A DNA stretch of 64,000 nucleotides from Nemertoderma westbladi (lineage: Eukaryota; Animalia; Xenacoelomorpha). Position 1 is the first letter of the stretch. Every line of letters starts with the position of its first letter. The DNA lies in NCBI GenBank assembly GCA_032718475.1, contig JAUCBJ010007485.1, positions 1 to 64,000 of the forward strand, written 5' to 3'. Positions 28,141-42,662 of this stretch are shown here, one piece after another. The position numbers were made by a program, and so were the translations under genes. The notes beneath the pieces were generated by a model that saw only the letters and a list, made by a program, of their open reading frames with translations, had not been told where the DNA came from and did not search any database.

Positions 28141-31100
28141 GTACTACTACTGGCTTACGTACAAGAGCTCATGTTAATAATACTGGCGTACGTACAAGAG
28201 CTCATGTTAATAATACTGGCGTACGTACAAGAGCTCAAATTAATAATACTGGCTTACGTACAAAAGCTCATGTTAATAATACTGGCGTACGTACAAGAGC
28301 TCATGTTAATAATACTGGCGTACGTACAAGAGCTCATGTTAATAATACTGGCGTACGTACAAGAGCTCATATTAATAATACTGGTGTAAGTACGATCGTA
28401 CTACTACTGGCTTACGTACAAGAGCTCATGTTAATAATACTGTTAATAATACTGCCTGTACAAGAGCTAATATTAATAATACTGGCATACGTACAAGAGC
28501 TCATATTAATAATACTGGCATACGTACAAGAGCTCATATTAATAATACTGGCGTACGTACAAGAGCTCAAATTAATAATACTGGCGTACGTACAAGAGCT
28601 CATGGTAATAATACTGGCGTACGTACAAGAGCTCATATTAATAATACTGGTGTACGTACAAGAGCTCATGTTAATAATACTGGCGTACGTACAAGAGCTC
28701 ATGTTAATAATACTGGCGTACGTACAAGAGCTCATATTAATAATACTGGTGTAAGTACGATCGTACTACTACTGGCTTACGTACAAGAGCTCATGTTAAT
28801 AATACTGTTAATAATACTGCCTGTACAAGAGCTAATATTAATAATACTGGCATACGTACAAGAGCTCATATTAATAATACTGGCATACGTACAAGAGCTC
28901 ATATTAATAATACTGGCGTACGTACAAGAGCTCAAATTAATAATACTGGCGTACGTACAAGAGCTCATGGTAATAATACTGGCGTACGTACAAGAGCTCA
29001 TATTAATAATACTGGCGTACGTACAAGAGCTCATATTAATAATACTGGCATACGTACAAGAGCTCATATTAATAATACTGGCGTACGTACAAGAGCTCAT
29101 ATTAATAATACTGGCGTACTTACAAGAACTCATATTAATAATACTGGCGTACGTACAAGAGCTCATATTAATAATACTGGCGTACGTACAAGAGCTCAAA
29201 TTAATAATACTGGCGTACGTACAAGAGCTCATATTAATAATACTGGGGTACGTACAAAAGCTCATGTTAATAATACTGGGGTACGTACAAAAGCTCATGT
29301 TAATAATACTGGCGTACGTACAAGAGCTCAAATTAATAATACTGGCGTACTTACAAGAGCTCATGTTAATAATACTGGCGTACGTACAAGAGCTCATGTT
29401 AATAATACTGGCGTACGTACAAGAGCTCATATTAATAATACTGGCGTACGTACAAGAGCTCATATTAATAATACTGGCGTACGTACAAGAGCTCATGTTA
29501 ATAATGCTGGCGTACGTACAAGAGCTCATATTAATAATACTGGCGTACGTACAAGAGCTCATGTTAATAATACTGGCGTACGTACAAGAGCTCAAATTAA
29601 TAATACTGGCGTACGTACAAGAGCTCATATTAATAATACTGGCGTACGTACAAGAGCTCATATTAATAATACTGGCGTACGTACAAGAGCTCATAGTAAT
29701 AGTACAAGAGCTCATGTTAATAATACTGGCGTACGTACAAGAGCTCATGTTAATAATACTGGCGTACGTACAAGAGCTCATATTAATAGTACAAGAGCTC
29801 ATGTTAATAATACTGGCGTACGTACAAGAGCTCATGTTAATAATACTGGCGTACGTACAAGAGCTCATATTAATAATACTGGCGTACGTACAAGAGCTCA
29901 TATTAATAGTACAAGAGCTCATGTTAATAATACTGGCGTACGTACAAGAGCTCATGTTAATAATACTGGCGTACGTACAAGAGCTCATGTTAATAATACT
30001 GGCGTACGTACAAGAGCTCATATTAATAATACTGGCGTACGTACAAGAGCTCATATTAATAGTACAAGAGCTCATGTTAATAATACTGGCGTACGTACAA
30101 GAGCTCATGTTAATAATACTGGCGTACGTACAAGAGCTCATGTTAATAATACTGGCGTACGTACAAGAGCTCATATTAATAATACTGGCGTACGTACAAG
30201 AGCTCATATTAATAATACTGGCGTACGTACAAGAGCTCATGTTAATAATACTGGCGTACGTACAAGAGCTCATATTAATAATACTGGCGTACGTACAAGA
30301 GCTCATGTTAATAATACTGGCGTACATACAAGAGCTCATATTAATAATACTGGCGTACGTACAAGAGCTCATATTAATAATACTGGCGTACGTACAAGAG
30401 CTCATATTAATAATACTGGCGTACGTACAAGAGCTCATGTTAATAATACTGGCGTACGTACAAGAGCTCATGTTAATAATACTGGCGTACGTACAAGAGC
30501 TCATATTAATAATACTGGCGTACGTACAAGAGCTCATGTTAATAATACTGGCGTACGTACAAGAGCTCATGTTAATAATACTGGCGTACGTACAAGAGCT
30601 CATATTAATAATACTGGCGTACGTACAAGAGCTCAAATTAATAATACTGGCGTACGTACAAGAGCTCATATTAATAATACTGGCGTACGTACAAGAGCTC
30701 ATGTTAATAATACTGGCGTACGTACAAGAGCTCATGTTAATAATACTGGCGTACGTACAAGAGCTCAAATTAATAATACTGGCGTACGTACAAGAGCTCA
30801 TGTTAATAATACTGGCGTACGTACAAGAGCTCATGTTAATAATACTGGCGTACGTACAAGAGCTCATGTTAATAATACTGGCGTACGTGCAAGAGCTCAA
30901 ATTAATAATACTGGCGTACGTACAAGAGCTCATGTTAATAATACTGGCGTACGTACAAGAGCTCATATTAATAATACTGGCGTACGTACAAGAGCTCATA
31001 TTAATAATACTGGCGTACGTACAACAGCTCAAATTAATAATACTGGCGTACGTACAAGAGCTCAAATTAATAATACTGGTGTACGTACAAGAGCTCATAT

Positions 31101-34100
31101 TAATAATACTGTCGTACGTACAAGAGCTCATATTAATAATACTGGCATACGTACAAGAGCTCATATTAATAATACTGGCGTACGTACAAGAGCTCATATT
31201 AATAATACTGGCGTACGTACAAGAGCTCATATTAATAATACTGGCGTACGTACAAGAGCTCATGTTAATAATACTGGCGTACGTACAAGAGCTCATGTTA
31301 ATAATACTGGCGTACGTACAAGAGCTCATATTAATAATACTGGCGTACGTACAAGAGCTCATGTTAATAATACTGGCGTACGTACAAGAGCTCATATTAA
31401 TAATACTGGCGTACGTACAAGAGCTCATATTAATAATACTGGCGTACGTACAAGAGCTCATATTAATAATACTGGCGTACGTACAAGAGCTCAAATTAAT
31501 AATACTGGCGTACGTACAAGAGCTCAAATTAATAATACTGGCGTACGTACAAGAGCTCATGTTAATAATACTGGCGTACGTACAAGAGCTCATGTTAATA
31601 ATACTGGCGTACGTACAAGAGCTCATGTTAATAATACTGGCGTACGTACAAGAGCTCAAATTAATAATACTGGCGTACGTACAAGAGCTCATGTTAATAA
31701 TACTGGCGTACGTACAAGAGCTCATATTAATAATACTGGCGTACGTACAAGAGCTCATATTAATAATACTGGCGTACGTACTAGAGCTCATATTAATAAT
31801 ACTGTCGTACGTACAAGAGCTCATATTAATAATACTGGCGTACGTACAAGAGCTCATATTAATAATACTGGCGTACGTACAAGAGCTCATATTAATAATA
31901 CTGGCGTACGTACAAGAGCTCATATTAATAATACTGGCGTATGTACAAGAGCTCATTTTAATAATACTGGCGTACGTACAAGAGCTCATATTAATAATGC
32001 TGGCGTACGTACAAGAGCTCATATTAATAATACTGGCGTACGTACAAGAGCTCATATTAATAATACTGGCGTACGTACAACAGCTCAAATTAATAATAGT
32101 GGCGTACGTACAAGAGCTCAAATTAATAATACTGGCGTACGTACAAGAGCTCATGTTAATAATACTGGCGTACGTACAAGAGCTCATGTTAATAATACTG
32201 GCGTACGTACAAGAGCTCATATTAATAATACTGTCGTACGTACAAGAGCTCATATTAATAATACTGGCATACGTACAAGAGCTCATATTAATAATACTGG
32301 CGTACGTACAAGAGCTAATGTTAATAATACTGGCGTACGTACAAGAGCTCATATTAATAATACTGGCGTACGTACAAGAGCTCATGTTAATAATACTGGC
32401 GTACGTACAAGAGCTCATGTTAATAATACTGGCGTACGTACAAGAGCTCATGTTAATAATACTGGCGTACGTACAAGAGCTCATATTAATAATACTGTCG
32501 TACGTACAAGAGCTCATATTAATAATACTGGCATACGTACAAGAGCTCATATTAATAATACTGGCGTACGTACAAGAGCTAATGTTAATAATACTGGCGT
32601 ACGTACAAGAGCTCATATTAATAATACTGGCGTACGTACAAGAGCTCATATTAATAATACTGGCGTACGTACAAGAGCTCATATTAATAATACTGGCGTA
32701 CGTACAAGAGCTCATGTTAATAATACTGGCGTACGTACAAGAGCTCATGTTAATAATACTGGCGTACGTACAAGAGCTCATGTTAATAATACTGGCGTAC
32801 GTACAAGAGCTCATGTTAATGATACTGGCGTACGTACAAGAGCTCATGTTAATAATACTGGCGTACGTACAAGAGCTCATGTTAATAATACTGGCGTACG
32901 TACAAGAGCTCATATTAATAATACTGTCGTACGTACAAGAGCTCATATTAATAATACTGGCATACGTACAAGAGCTCATATTAATAATACTGGCGTACGT
33001 ACAAGAGCTAATGTTAATAATACTGGCGTACGTACAAGAGCTCAAATTAATAATACTGGCGTACTTACAAGAGCTCATTTTAATAATACTGGCGTACGTA
33101 CAAGAGCTAATGTTAACAATACTGGCGTACGTACAAGAGCTCAAATTAATAATACTGGCGTACGTACAAGAGCTCAAATTAATAATACTGGCGTACGTAC
33201 AAGAGCTCATATTAATAATACTGGCGTACGTACAAGAGCTCATGTTAATAATACTGGCGTACGTACAAGAGCTCATATTAATAATACTGGCGTACGTACA
33301 AGAGCTCATATTAATAATACTGGCGTACGTACAAGAGCTAATGTTAATAATACTGGCGTACGTACAAGAGCTCATGTTAATAATACTGGCGTACGTACAA
33401 GAGCTCATGTTAATAATACTGGCGTACGTACAAGAGCTCATATTAATAATACTGGCGTACGTACAAGAGCTCATATTAATAATACTGGCGTACGTACAAG
33501 AGCTCAAATTAATAATACTGGCGTACTTACAAGAGCTCATTTTAATAATACTGGCGTACGTACAAGAGCTCATGTTAATAATACTGGCGTACGTACAAGA
33601 GCTCATGTTAATAATACTGGCGTACGTACAAGAGCTCATATTAATAATACTGGCGTACGTACAAGAGCTCAAATTAATAATACTGGCGTACTTACAAGAG
33701 CTCATTTTAATAATACTGGCGTACGTACAAGAGCTAATGTTAACAATACTGGCGTACGTACAAGAGCTCAAATTAATAATACTGGCGTACGTACAAGAGC
33801 TCAAATTAATAATACTGGCGTACGTACAAGAGCTCATATTAATAATACTGGCGTACGTACAAGAGCTCATGTTAATAATACTGGCGTACGTACAAGAGCT
33901 CATATTAATAATACTGGCGTACGTACAAGAGCTCATATTAATAATACTGGCGTACGTACAAGAGCTCATGGTAATAATACTGGCGTACATACAAGAGCTC
34001 ATATTAATAATACTGTCGTACGTACAAGAGCTCATGTTAATAATACTGGCGTACGTACAAGAGCTCGTATTAATAATACTGGCGTACGTACAAGAGCTCA

Positions 34101-37100
34101 TGTTAATAATACTGTCGTACGTACAAGAACTCATGTTAATAATACTGGCGTACGTACAAGAGCTAATGTTAATAATACTGGCGTACGTACAAGAGCTCAT
34201 GTTAATAATACTGGCGTACGTACAAGAGCTCATATTAATAATACTGGCGTACGTACAAGAGCTCATATTAATAATACTGGCGTACGTACAAGAGCTCAAA
34301 TTAATAATACTGGCGTACTTACAAGAGCTCATTTTAATAATACTGGCGTACGTACAAGAGCTCATGTTAATAATACTGGCGTACGTACAAGAGCTCAAAT
34401 TAATAATACTGGCGTACTTACAAGAGCTCATTTTAATAATACTGGCGTACTTACAAGAGCTCATTTTAATAATACTGGCGTACGTACAAGAGCTCATGTT
34501 AATAATACTGGCGTACGTACAAGAGCTCATTTTAATAATACTGGCGTACTTACAAGAGCTCATTTTAATAATACTGGCGTACGTACAAGAACTCATGTTA
34601 ATAATACTGGCGTACGTACAAGAGCTAATGTTAATAATACTGGCGTACGTACAAGAGCTCATGTTAATAATACTGGCGTACGTACAAGAGCTCATGTTAA
34701 TAATACTGGCGTACGTACAAGAGCTCATATTAATAATACTGGCGTACGTACAAGAGCTCATATTAATAATACTGGCGTACGTACAAGAGCTCAAATTAAT
34801 AATACTGGCGTACTTACAAGAGCTCATTTTAATAATACTGGCGTACGTACAAGAGCTCATGTTAATAATACTGGCGTACGTACAAGAGCTCAAATTAATA
34901 ATACTGGCGTACTTACAAGAGCTCATTTTAATAATACTGGCGTACTTACAAGAGCTCATTTTAATAATACTGGCGTACGTACAAGAGCTCATGTTAATAA
35001 TACTGGCGTACGTACAAGAGCTCATATTAATAATACTGGCGTACGTACAAGAGCTCAAATTAATAATACTGGCGTACGTACAAGAGCTAATGTTAACAAT
35101 ACTGGCGTACGTACAAGAGCTCAAATTAATAATACTGGCGTACGTACAAGAGCTCAAATTAATAATACTGGCGTACTTACAAGAGCTCATATTAATAATA
35201 CTGGCGTACGTACAAGAGCTCATATTAATAATACTGGCGTACGTACAAGAGCTCATGTTAATAATACTGGTGTACGTACAAGAGCTCATGTTAAAAATAC
35301 TGGCGTACGTACAAGAGCTCAAATTAATAATACTGGCGTACTTACAAGAGCTCATATTAATAATACTGGCGTACGTACAAGAGCTCATATTAATAATACT
35401 GGCGTACGTACAAGAGCTCATGTTAATAATACTGGTGTACGTACAAGAGCTCATGTTAATAATACTGGCGTACGTACAAGAGCTCATATTAATAATACTG
35501 GCGTACGTACAAGAGCTAATGTTAATAATACTGGCGTACGTACAAGAGCTCATGTTAATAATACTGGCGTACGTACAAGAGCTCATGTTAATAATACTGG
35601 CGTACGTACAAGAGCTCATATTAATAATACTGGCGTACGTACAAGAGCTAATGTTAATAATACTGGCGTACGTACAAGAGCTCATATTAATAATACTGGC
35701 GTACGTACAAGAGCTCATGTTAATAATACTGGCGTACGTACAAGAGCTCATGTTAATAATACTGGCGTACGTACAAGAGCTCAAATTAATAATACTGGCG
35801 TACGTACAAGAGCTCAAATTAATAATACTGGCGTACTTACAAGAGCTCATGTTAATAATACTGGCGTACGTACAAGAGCTCATATTAATAATACTGGCGT
35901 ACGTACAAGAGCTCATATTAATAATACTGGCGTACGTACAAGAGCTCAAATTAATAATACTGGCGTACGTACAAGAGCTAATGTTAATAATACTGGCGTA
36001 CGTACAAGAGCTCATGTTAATAATACTGGCGTACGTACAAGAGCTAATGTTAATAATACTGGCGTACGTACAAGAGCTCATGTTAATAATGCTGGCGTAC
36101 GTACAAGAGCTCAAATTAATAATACTGGCGTACTTACAAGAGCTCATATTAATAATACTGGCGTACGTACAAGAGCTCATATTAATAATACTGGCGTACG
36201 TACAAGAGCTCATATTAATAATACTGGCGTACGTACAAGAGCTCATGTTAATAATACTGGCGTACGTACAAGAGCTCATGTTAATAATACTGGCGTACGT
36301 ACAAGAGCTCATGTTAATAATACTGGCGTACGTACAAGAGCTCATATTAATAATACTGGCGTACGTACAAGAGCTCATATTAATAATACTGGCGTACGTA
36401 CAAGAGCTCATGTTAATAATACTGGCGTACGTACAAGAGCTCATATTAATAATACTGGCGTACGTACAAGAGCTCATGTTAATAATACTGGCGTACGTAC
36501 AAGAGCTCATATTAATAATACTGGCGTACGTACAAGAGCTCATGTTAATAATACTGGCGTACGTACAAGAGCTAATGTTAATAATACTGGCGTACGTACA
36601 AGAGCTCATATTAATAATACTGGCGTACGTACAAGAGCTCATATTAATAATACTGGCGTACGTACAAAAGCTCATATTAATAATACTGGCGTACGTACAA
36701 AAGCTCATATTAATAATACTGGCGTACGTACAAGAGCTCATGTTAATAATACTGGCGTACGTACAAGAGCTCAAATTAATAATACTGGCGTACGTACAAG
36801 AGCTCATATTAATAATACTGGCGTACGTACAAGAGCTCATATTAATAATACTGGCGTACGTACAAGAGCTCATATTAATAATACTGGCGTACGTACAAAA
36901 GCTCATATTAATAATACTGGCGTACGTACAAGAGCTCATGTTAATAATACTGGCGTACGTACAAGAGCTCATGTTAATAATACTGGCGTACGTACAAGAG
37001 CTCGTATTAATAATACTGGCGTACGTACAAGAGCTCAAATTAACAATACTGGCGTACGTACAAGAGCTCATGTTAATAATACTGGCGTACGTACAAGAGC

Positions 37101-38071
37101 TCATATTAATAATACTGGCGTACGTACAAGAGCTCAAATTAATAGTACTGGCGTACGTACAAGAGCTCATATTAATAATACTGGCGTACGTACAAGAGCT
37201 CATGTTAATAATACTGGCGTACGGATAAGATCTCATATTAATAATACTGGCGTACGTACAAGAGCTCATGTTAATAATACTGGCGTACGTACAAGAGCTC
37301 ATATTAATAATAATGGCGTACGTACAAGAGCTCATATTAATAATACTGGCGTACGTACAAGAGCTCATATTAATAATACTGGCGTACGTACAAAAGCTCA
37401 TATTAATAATACTGGCGTACGTACAAGAGCTCATGTTAATAATACTGGCGTACGTACAAGAGCTCATGTTAATAATGCTGGCGTACGTACAAGAGCTCAT
37501 GTTAATAATACTGGCGTACGTACAAGAGCTCATGTTAATAATACTGGCGTACGTACAAGAGCTCATGTTAATAATACTGGCGTACGTACAAGAGCTCATG
37601 TTAATAATACTGGCGTACGTACAAGAGCTCATATTAATAATACTGGCGTACGTACAAGAGCTCATATTAATAATACTGGCGTACGTACAAGAGCTCATGT
37701 TAATAATACTGGCGTACGTACAAGAGCTCATATTAATAATACTGGCGTACGTACAAGAGCTCATGTTAATAATACTGGCGTACGTACAAGAGCTCATATT
37801 AATAATACTGGCGTACGTACAAGAGCTCATATTAATAATACTGGCGTACGTACAAGAGCTCATGTTAATAATACTGGCGTACGTACAAGAGCTCATATTA
37901 ATAATACTGGCGTACGTACAAGAGCTCATGTTAATAATACTGGCGTACGTACAAGAGCTCATATTAATAATACTGGCGTACGTACAAGAGCTCATATTAA
38001 TAATACTGGCGTACGTACAAGAGCTCATGTTAATAATACTGGCGTACGTACAAGAGCTCATATTAATAATA
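28141..38071. repeat. 30-bp satellite (ttaataatactggcgtacgtacaagagctcat-type), ~330 copies, intronic
   Basis: Starts about 12 bp after the splice donor. A 365-bp higher-order duplication (28381/28746) re-copies the real donor. Confidence 0.98.
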
Positions 38072-38352
38072 CGGTTTATACCCAGTAAACGTCTCATTCC
38101 TCTTATGATTCCTCTCCTGATTACATTTACATAACATAGGACTACACAATACACACCGAAAGAAGTCCTTCTTCAGCAGAGACTTCTTTCGGAAACATAC
38201 GCAAACCCTAAGTTTTCTGTACACAAAAACCCTAATGGCAGAACGGTATAATGTTGTTCTATTCGTTTTATAGGTCCTGTTCTGTATGGAATTTATGATA
38301 TTTTATTTATGTTTTGGTCGATTAACAAGTTAACTAAATGGTTCTGTTGTAG

Positions 38353-38517
38353 ATTCCTGGGGTGGTTCAGACGATTTTATTTCTCTTTGGGTGGTCTAAC
38401 GCGATAGCCAATCCCGTAATCTACGGAATACTGAGCGGTATCAGAAGAAGAGCAACACCCAACCGCAGAGGGGTTGGGGGTGGAGGACGAACGGGGAACG
38501 CAGCCAATAGGAAGGGA
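38353..38517 (+). CDS. GPCR exon, TM7 and proximal C-tail
   Basis: ttgtag| IPGVVQTILFLFGWSNAIANPVIYGILSGIRRRATPNRRGVGGGGRTGNAANRKG |gtaagt; contains NPxxYG. Confidence 0.9.
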
Positions 38518-41072
38518 GTAAGTAGGGGTGTACGAGTATGTAGCCAATAGGAAGGGAGTATGTAGGGGGTGTGTATGCAGCCAATAGGAAGGGAGTAAGT
38601 AGGGGGTGTGTATGCAGCCAATAGGAAGGGAGTAAGTAGGGGGTGTACGAGTATGTAGCCAATAGGAAGGGAGTATGTAGGGGGTGTGTATGCAGCCAAT
38701 AGGAAGGGAGTAAGTAGGGGGTGTGTATGCAGGCAATAGGAAGGGAGTAAGTAGGGGGTGTGTATGCAGCCAATAGGAAGGGAGTAAGTAGGGGGTGTGT
38801 ATGCAGCCAATAGGAAGGGAGTAAGTAGGGGGTGTGTATGTAGCCAATAGGAAGGGAGTAAGTAGGGGTGTACGAGTATGTAGCCAATAGGAAAGGAGTA
38901 AGTAGGGGGTGTATGTAGCGAATAGGAAGGGAGTAAGTAGGGGGTGTACGAGTATGTAGCCAATAGGAAAGGAGTAAGTAGGGGGTGTGTATGCAGCCAA
39001 TAGGAAGGGAGTAAGTAGGGGGTGTACGAGTATGTAGCCAATAGGAAGGGAGTATGTAGGGGGTGTGTATGCAGCCAATAGGAAGGGAGTAAGTAGGGGG
39101 TGTGTATGCAGCCAATAGGAAGGGAGTAAGTAGGGGGTGTACGAGTATGTAGCCAATAGGAAGGGAGTATGTAGGGGGTGTGTATGCAGCCAATAGGAAG
39201 GGAGTATGTAGGGGGTGTACGAGTATGTAGCCAATAGGAAGGGAGTAAGTAGGGGGTGTGTATGCAGGCAATAGGAAGGGAGTAAGTAGGGGGTGTGTAT
39301 GCAGCCAATAGGAAGGGAGTAAGTAGGGGGTGTGTATGCAGCAAATAGGAAGGGAGTAAGTAGGGGGTGTGTATGCAGCCAATAGGAAGGGAGTAAGTAG
39401 GGGTGTACGAGTATGTAGCCAATAGGAAAGGAGTAAGTAGGGGGTGTATGTAGCGAATAGGAAGGGAGTAAGTAGGGGGTGTACGAGTATGTAGCCAATA
39501 GGAAAGGAGTAAGTAGGGGGTGTGTATGCAGCCAATAGGAAGGGAGTAAGTAGGGGGTGTACGAGTATGTAGCCAATAGGAAGGGAGTATGTAGGGGGTG
39601 TGTATGCAGCCAATAGGAAGGGAGTAAGTAGGGGGTGTGTATGCAGGCAATAGGAAGGGAGTAAGTATGGGGTGTGTATGCAGCCAATAGGAAGGGAGTA
39701 AGTAGGGGGTGTGTATGCAGCCAATAGGAAGGGAGTAAGTAGGGGTGTACGAGTATGTAGCCAATAGGAAGGGAGTAAGTAGGGGTGTACGAGTATGTAG
39801 CCAATAGGAAGGGAGTAAGTATGGGGTGTGTATGCAGCCAATAGGAAGGGAGTAAGTAGGGGGTGTGTATGCAGGCAATAGGAAGGGAGTAAGTATGGGG
39901 TGTGTATGCAGCCAATAGGAAGGGAGTAAGTATGGGGTGTGTATGCAGCCAATAGGAAGGGAGTAAGTATGGGGTGTGTATGCAGCCAATAGGAAGGGAG
40001 TAAGTATGGGGTGTGTATGCAGCCAATAGGAAGGGAGTAAGTAGGGGGTGTGTATGCAGCCAATAGGAAGGGAGTAAGTAGGGGTGTATGTAGCCAATAG
40101 GAATGGAGTAAGTGGGGGTGTGTATGCATCCAATGGGAAGGGAGTGTGTATGCAGCCAAAGGGAAAGGAGTAAGTAGGGGGTGTAAGTAGCCAATAGGAT
40201 GGGAGTAAGTAGGGGGTGTAAGTAGCCAACAGGAAGGGAGTAAGTAGTGGGTGTATGTAGCGAATAGAAGGGAGTGTGTATGCAGCCAAAGGCAAGGAAG
40301 TAAGTAGCGGGTGTAAGTAGCCAATGGGAAGGAAGTAAGTAGCGGGTGTAAGTAGCCAATAGGAAGGGAGTAAGTAGGGGGTGTATGTAGCGAATAGGAA
40401 GGGAGTAAGTAGTGGGTGTGTAGCGAATAGGAAGAGAGTAAGTAGGGGGTGTAGGCAGCCAATAGGAAGGGAGTAAGTAGGGGGTGTGTGTATGCAGCCA
40501 ATAGGAATGGAGTAAGTAGGGGTGTAGGCAGCCACTAGGAATGGAGTAAGTGGGGGTGTATGTAGCGAATAGAAGGGAGTGTGTATAAGAGTGTGTAGAA
40601 GGCAGCCAAAGGCAAGGAAGTAAGTAGCGGGTGTAAGTAGCCAATAGGAAGGAAGTAAGTAGCGGGTGTAAGTAGCCAATAGGAAGGGAGTAAGTAGGGG
40701 GTGTAAGTAGCCAATAGGAAGGGAGTAAGTAGTGGGTGTATGTAGCGAATAGAAGGGAGTGTGTATGCAGCCAAAGGGAAGGGAGTAAGTAGGGGGTGTA
40801 TGTAGCGAATAGGAAGGGAGTAAGTAGGGGGTGTAGGCAGCCAATAGGAAGGGAGTAAGTAGGGGGTGTGTGTATGCAGCCAATAGGAATGGAGTAAGTA
40901 GGGGTGTAGGCAGCCAATAGGAAGGGAGTAAGTGGGGGGGGGGGGGGGGTGTAAGTAGCCAATAGGATGGGAATAAGTAGGACGGGGTGTATACAGCTAA
41001 TAGGAATGGAGTAAGTGGGGGTGTGTATGCATCCAATGGGAAGGGAGTAAAGTAAGTAGGGGGTGTAAGTAA
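38500..41072. repeat. G-rich ~38-41-bp satellite (gcagccaataggaagggagtaagtagggggtgtgtat), ~65 copies
   Basis: The first copy overlaps the last 18 nt of the TM7 exon, and the array degenerates toward its 3' end. Confidence 0.97.
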
Positions 41073-41218
41073 CCAAGTGTATGCAGTTGTTGAGTAAAAT
41101 TACGTATTACGTGAAACACAAATGATTTTTTTCCATTATGGACCACTTGATGTGTAATTAACATAGCTCGAGATCAGCGCTCAAAAACATCATCGTTATC
41201 AATTATTTCAATTTTCAG

Positions 41219-41419
41219 GATGAAAACTCCATCACGATCGGTTACCGCAGACCAAAGAATTCCGCAGTAGAAAAGGAACAATTAATGTCGCATTCAAGTA
41301 ATGAGCATTCTAGAAAACGTAACATTGACAACAATGTATCTGAGAGAGCTCAGGTTGAGACTGAGTTTACTGGGTTGACCGAAGAGGATACTATGGGGAC
41401 CGCGCCGAAATCAGACTGA
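41219..41419 (+). CDS. GPCR terminal coding exon (C-tail)
   Basis: attttcag| DENSITIGYRRPKNSAVEKEQLMSHSSNEHSRKRNIDNNVSERAQVETEFTGLTEEDTMGTAPKSD*; phase 0 fits the preceding exon. Supported by splice site and open frame only. Confidence 0.7.
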   Translation, partial: DENSITIGYRRPKNSAVEKEQLMSHSSNEHSRKRNIDNNVSERAQVETEFTGLTEEDTMGTAPKSD

Positions 41420-42139
41420 CTGTAGTTGAAACTAGAGTAACCGAAGTGGCAGACAACCCAATAATAATACATTCCAGTGACATATGGGAGCGCGAAATCA
41501 ATTGATTAACTATTCCATTCAGCCGCATCTAACATACCTACAACATTTAAAATATTATAAAATTATTTTAGGACGAACGTGGTATATTATTAAGTTGACA
41601 TCGTCCAGGCGTAGCCCAACGGGGTCTATGAAGGAAGACTCACAATGTACAGAAGGGAGAGTCTCTGGTGTTTTTGAACCGCTGGCATGAAAGAAATATA
41701 AATAGAAAAACCAGCAGAATAGAAAGTGAGACTCCTCTTATTTGAAAATTAAATGAAACAATAATTGAAAGTGGAGTTGATTTGTCTCGTAATTATGTAG
41801 GCCTATATGGTCTGCTATTTAGGAGAACTCGATCTAAAACGAAATGATCCACCACGGTGGGTTGAATTTTGTTAATGTACCGGTTCATTGATTGTTATCA
41901 GTTTGTTATTTCTGTTGTGTTAGTGTAATAAAGCACTTTATTTCATGCTGTATAATATACCACTTTGCAAGTATAAATTAATATTTCGTTATTTAAATCC
42001 ACACTGTCGTTGGAAATTAAAGATACTCCTGTTACAAATTGTATCAAATCCTATTATTATAAAATTTTAGAAATCTCACCTACAATATTACACTTAAAAT
42101 CTCGAAAGTTTTAATTCATTTACACCAATAATTTTACAC

Positions 42140-42280
42140 ATTACAATTTTGGAATAACATACCCATCGTTTAGCTTGTACTTTACCGTATTCTGATCCTC
42201 GTGTTTTTATTTTCCCTCACTCACTACTTTCGGAACAAACCACTCTGATTAGCACACTGTAAAGTGTTACTTTACACTGT
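42140..42280. repeat. Dispersed repeat fragment, second copy at ~59020-59175
   Basis: Both copies share tgatcctcgtg..tttattttc.ctcactcacta ... cacactgtaaagtg...ctttacac. Confidence 0.6.
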
Positions 42281-42662
42281 CCGACAGTATTTAATTATTA
42301 TCTAACAGATCAAATGAGTGTCTCTACATTGTAATAAGGGATGTCCCGGAATTCGGTTCCGGCCGGAATTCCGGCGGTTTTTGCCCGATTCCGGTTCCGG
42401 CCGGAATTGCCGGAATGGGGTCAATTCCGGCCGGAATTTTACCGGAATTGCCAGGTTCCTAACTAGTTTGATAGTTGAACATTTTGCACGTTGACACGCA
42501 GTGCTTTGCAGTTGCACGTTTGATATGTAACACATTTCCAAAAAAATTCACCTGGTAATCAAACTAAAATGGTCCCACCATCTGTTACACCACCTACTGT
42601 AGTATTCATATACAATTCACAATAACCATCGTAATTTACATTAACTAATGAAATGCAGCAAT

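Noticed and set aside
28412-38154. 3125-aa and 2811-aa repeat ORFs on both strands
   Set aside because: The 30-bp monomer is a multiple of 3 and lacks stops in one frame per strand. The array lies between two GPCR exons with proper splice sites, and there is no non-repetitive coding context.
38377-41076. Three overlapping minus-strand ORFs of 686-899 aa
   Set aside because: The C/T-rich strand of the satellite has no stop codons, and all three frames being open argues against coding.
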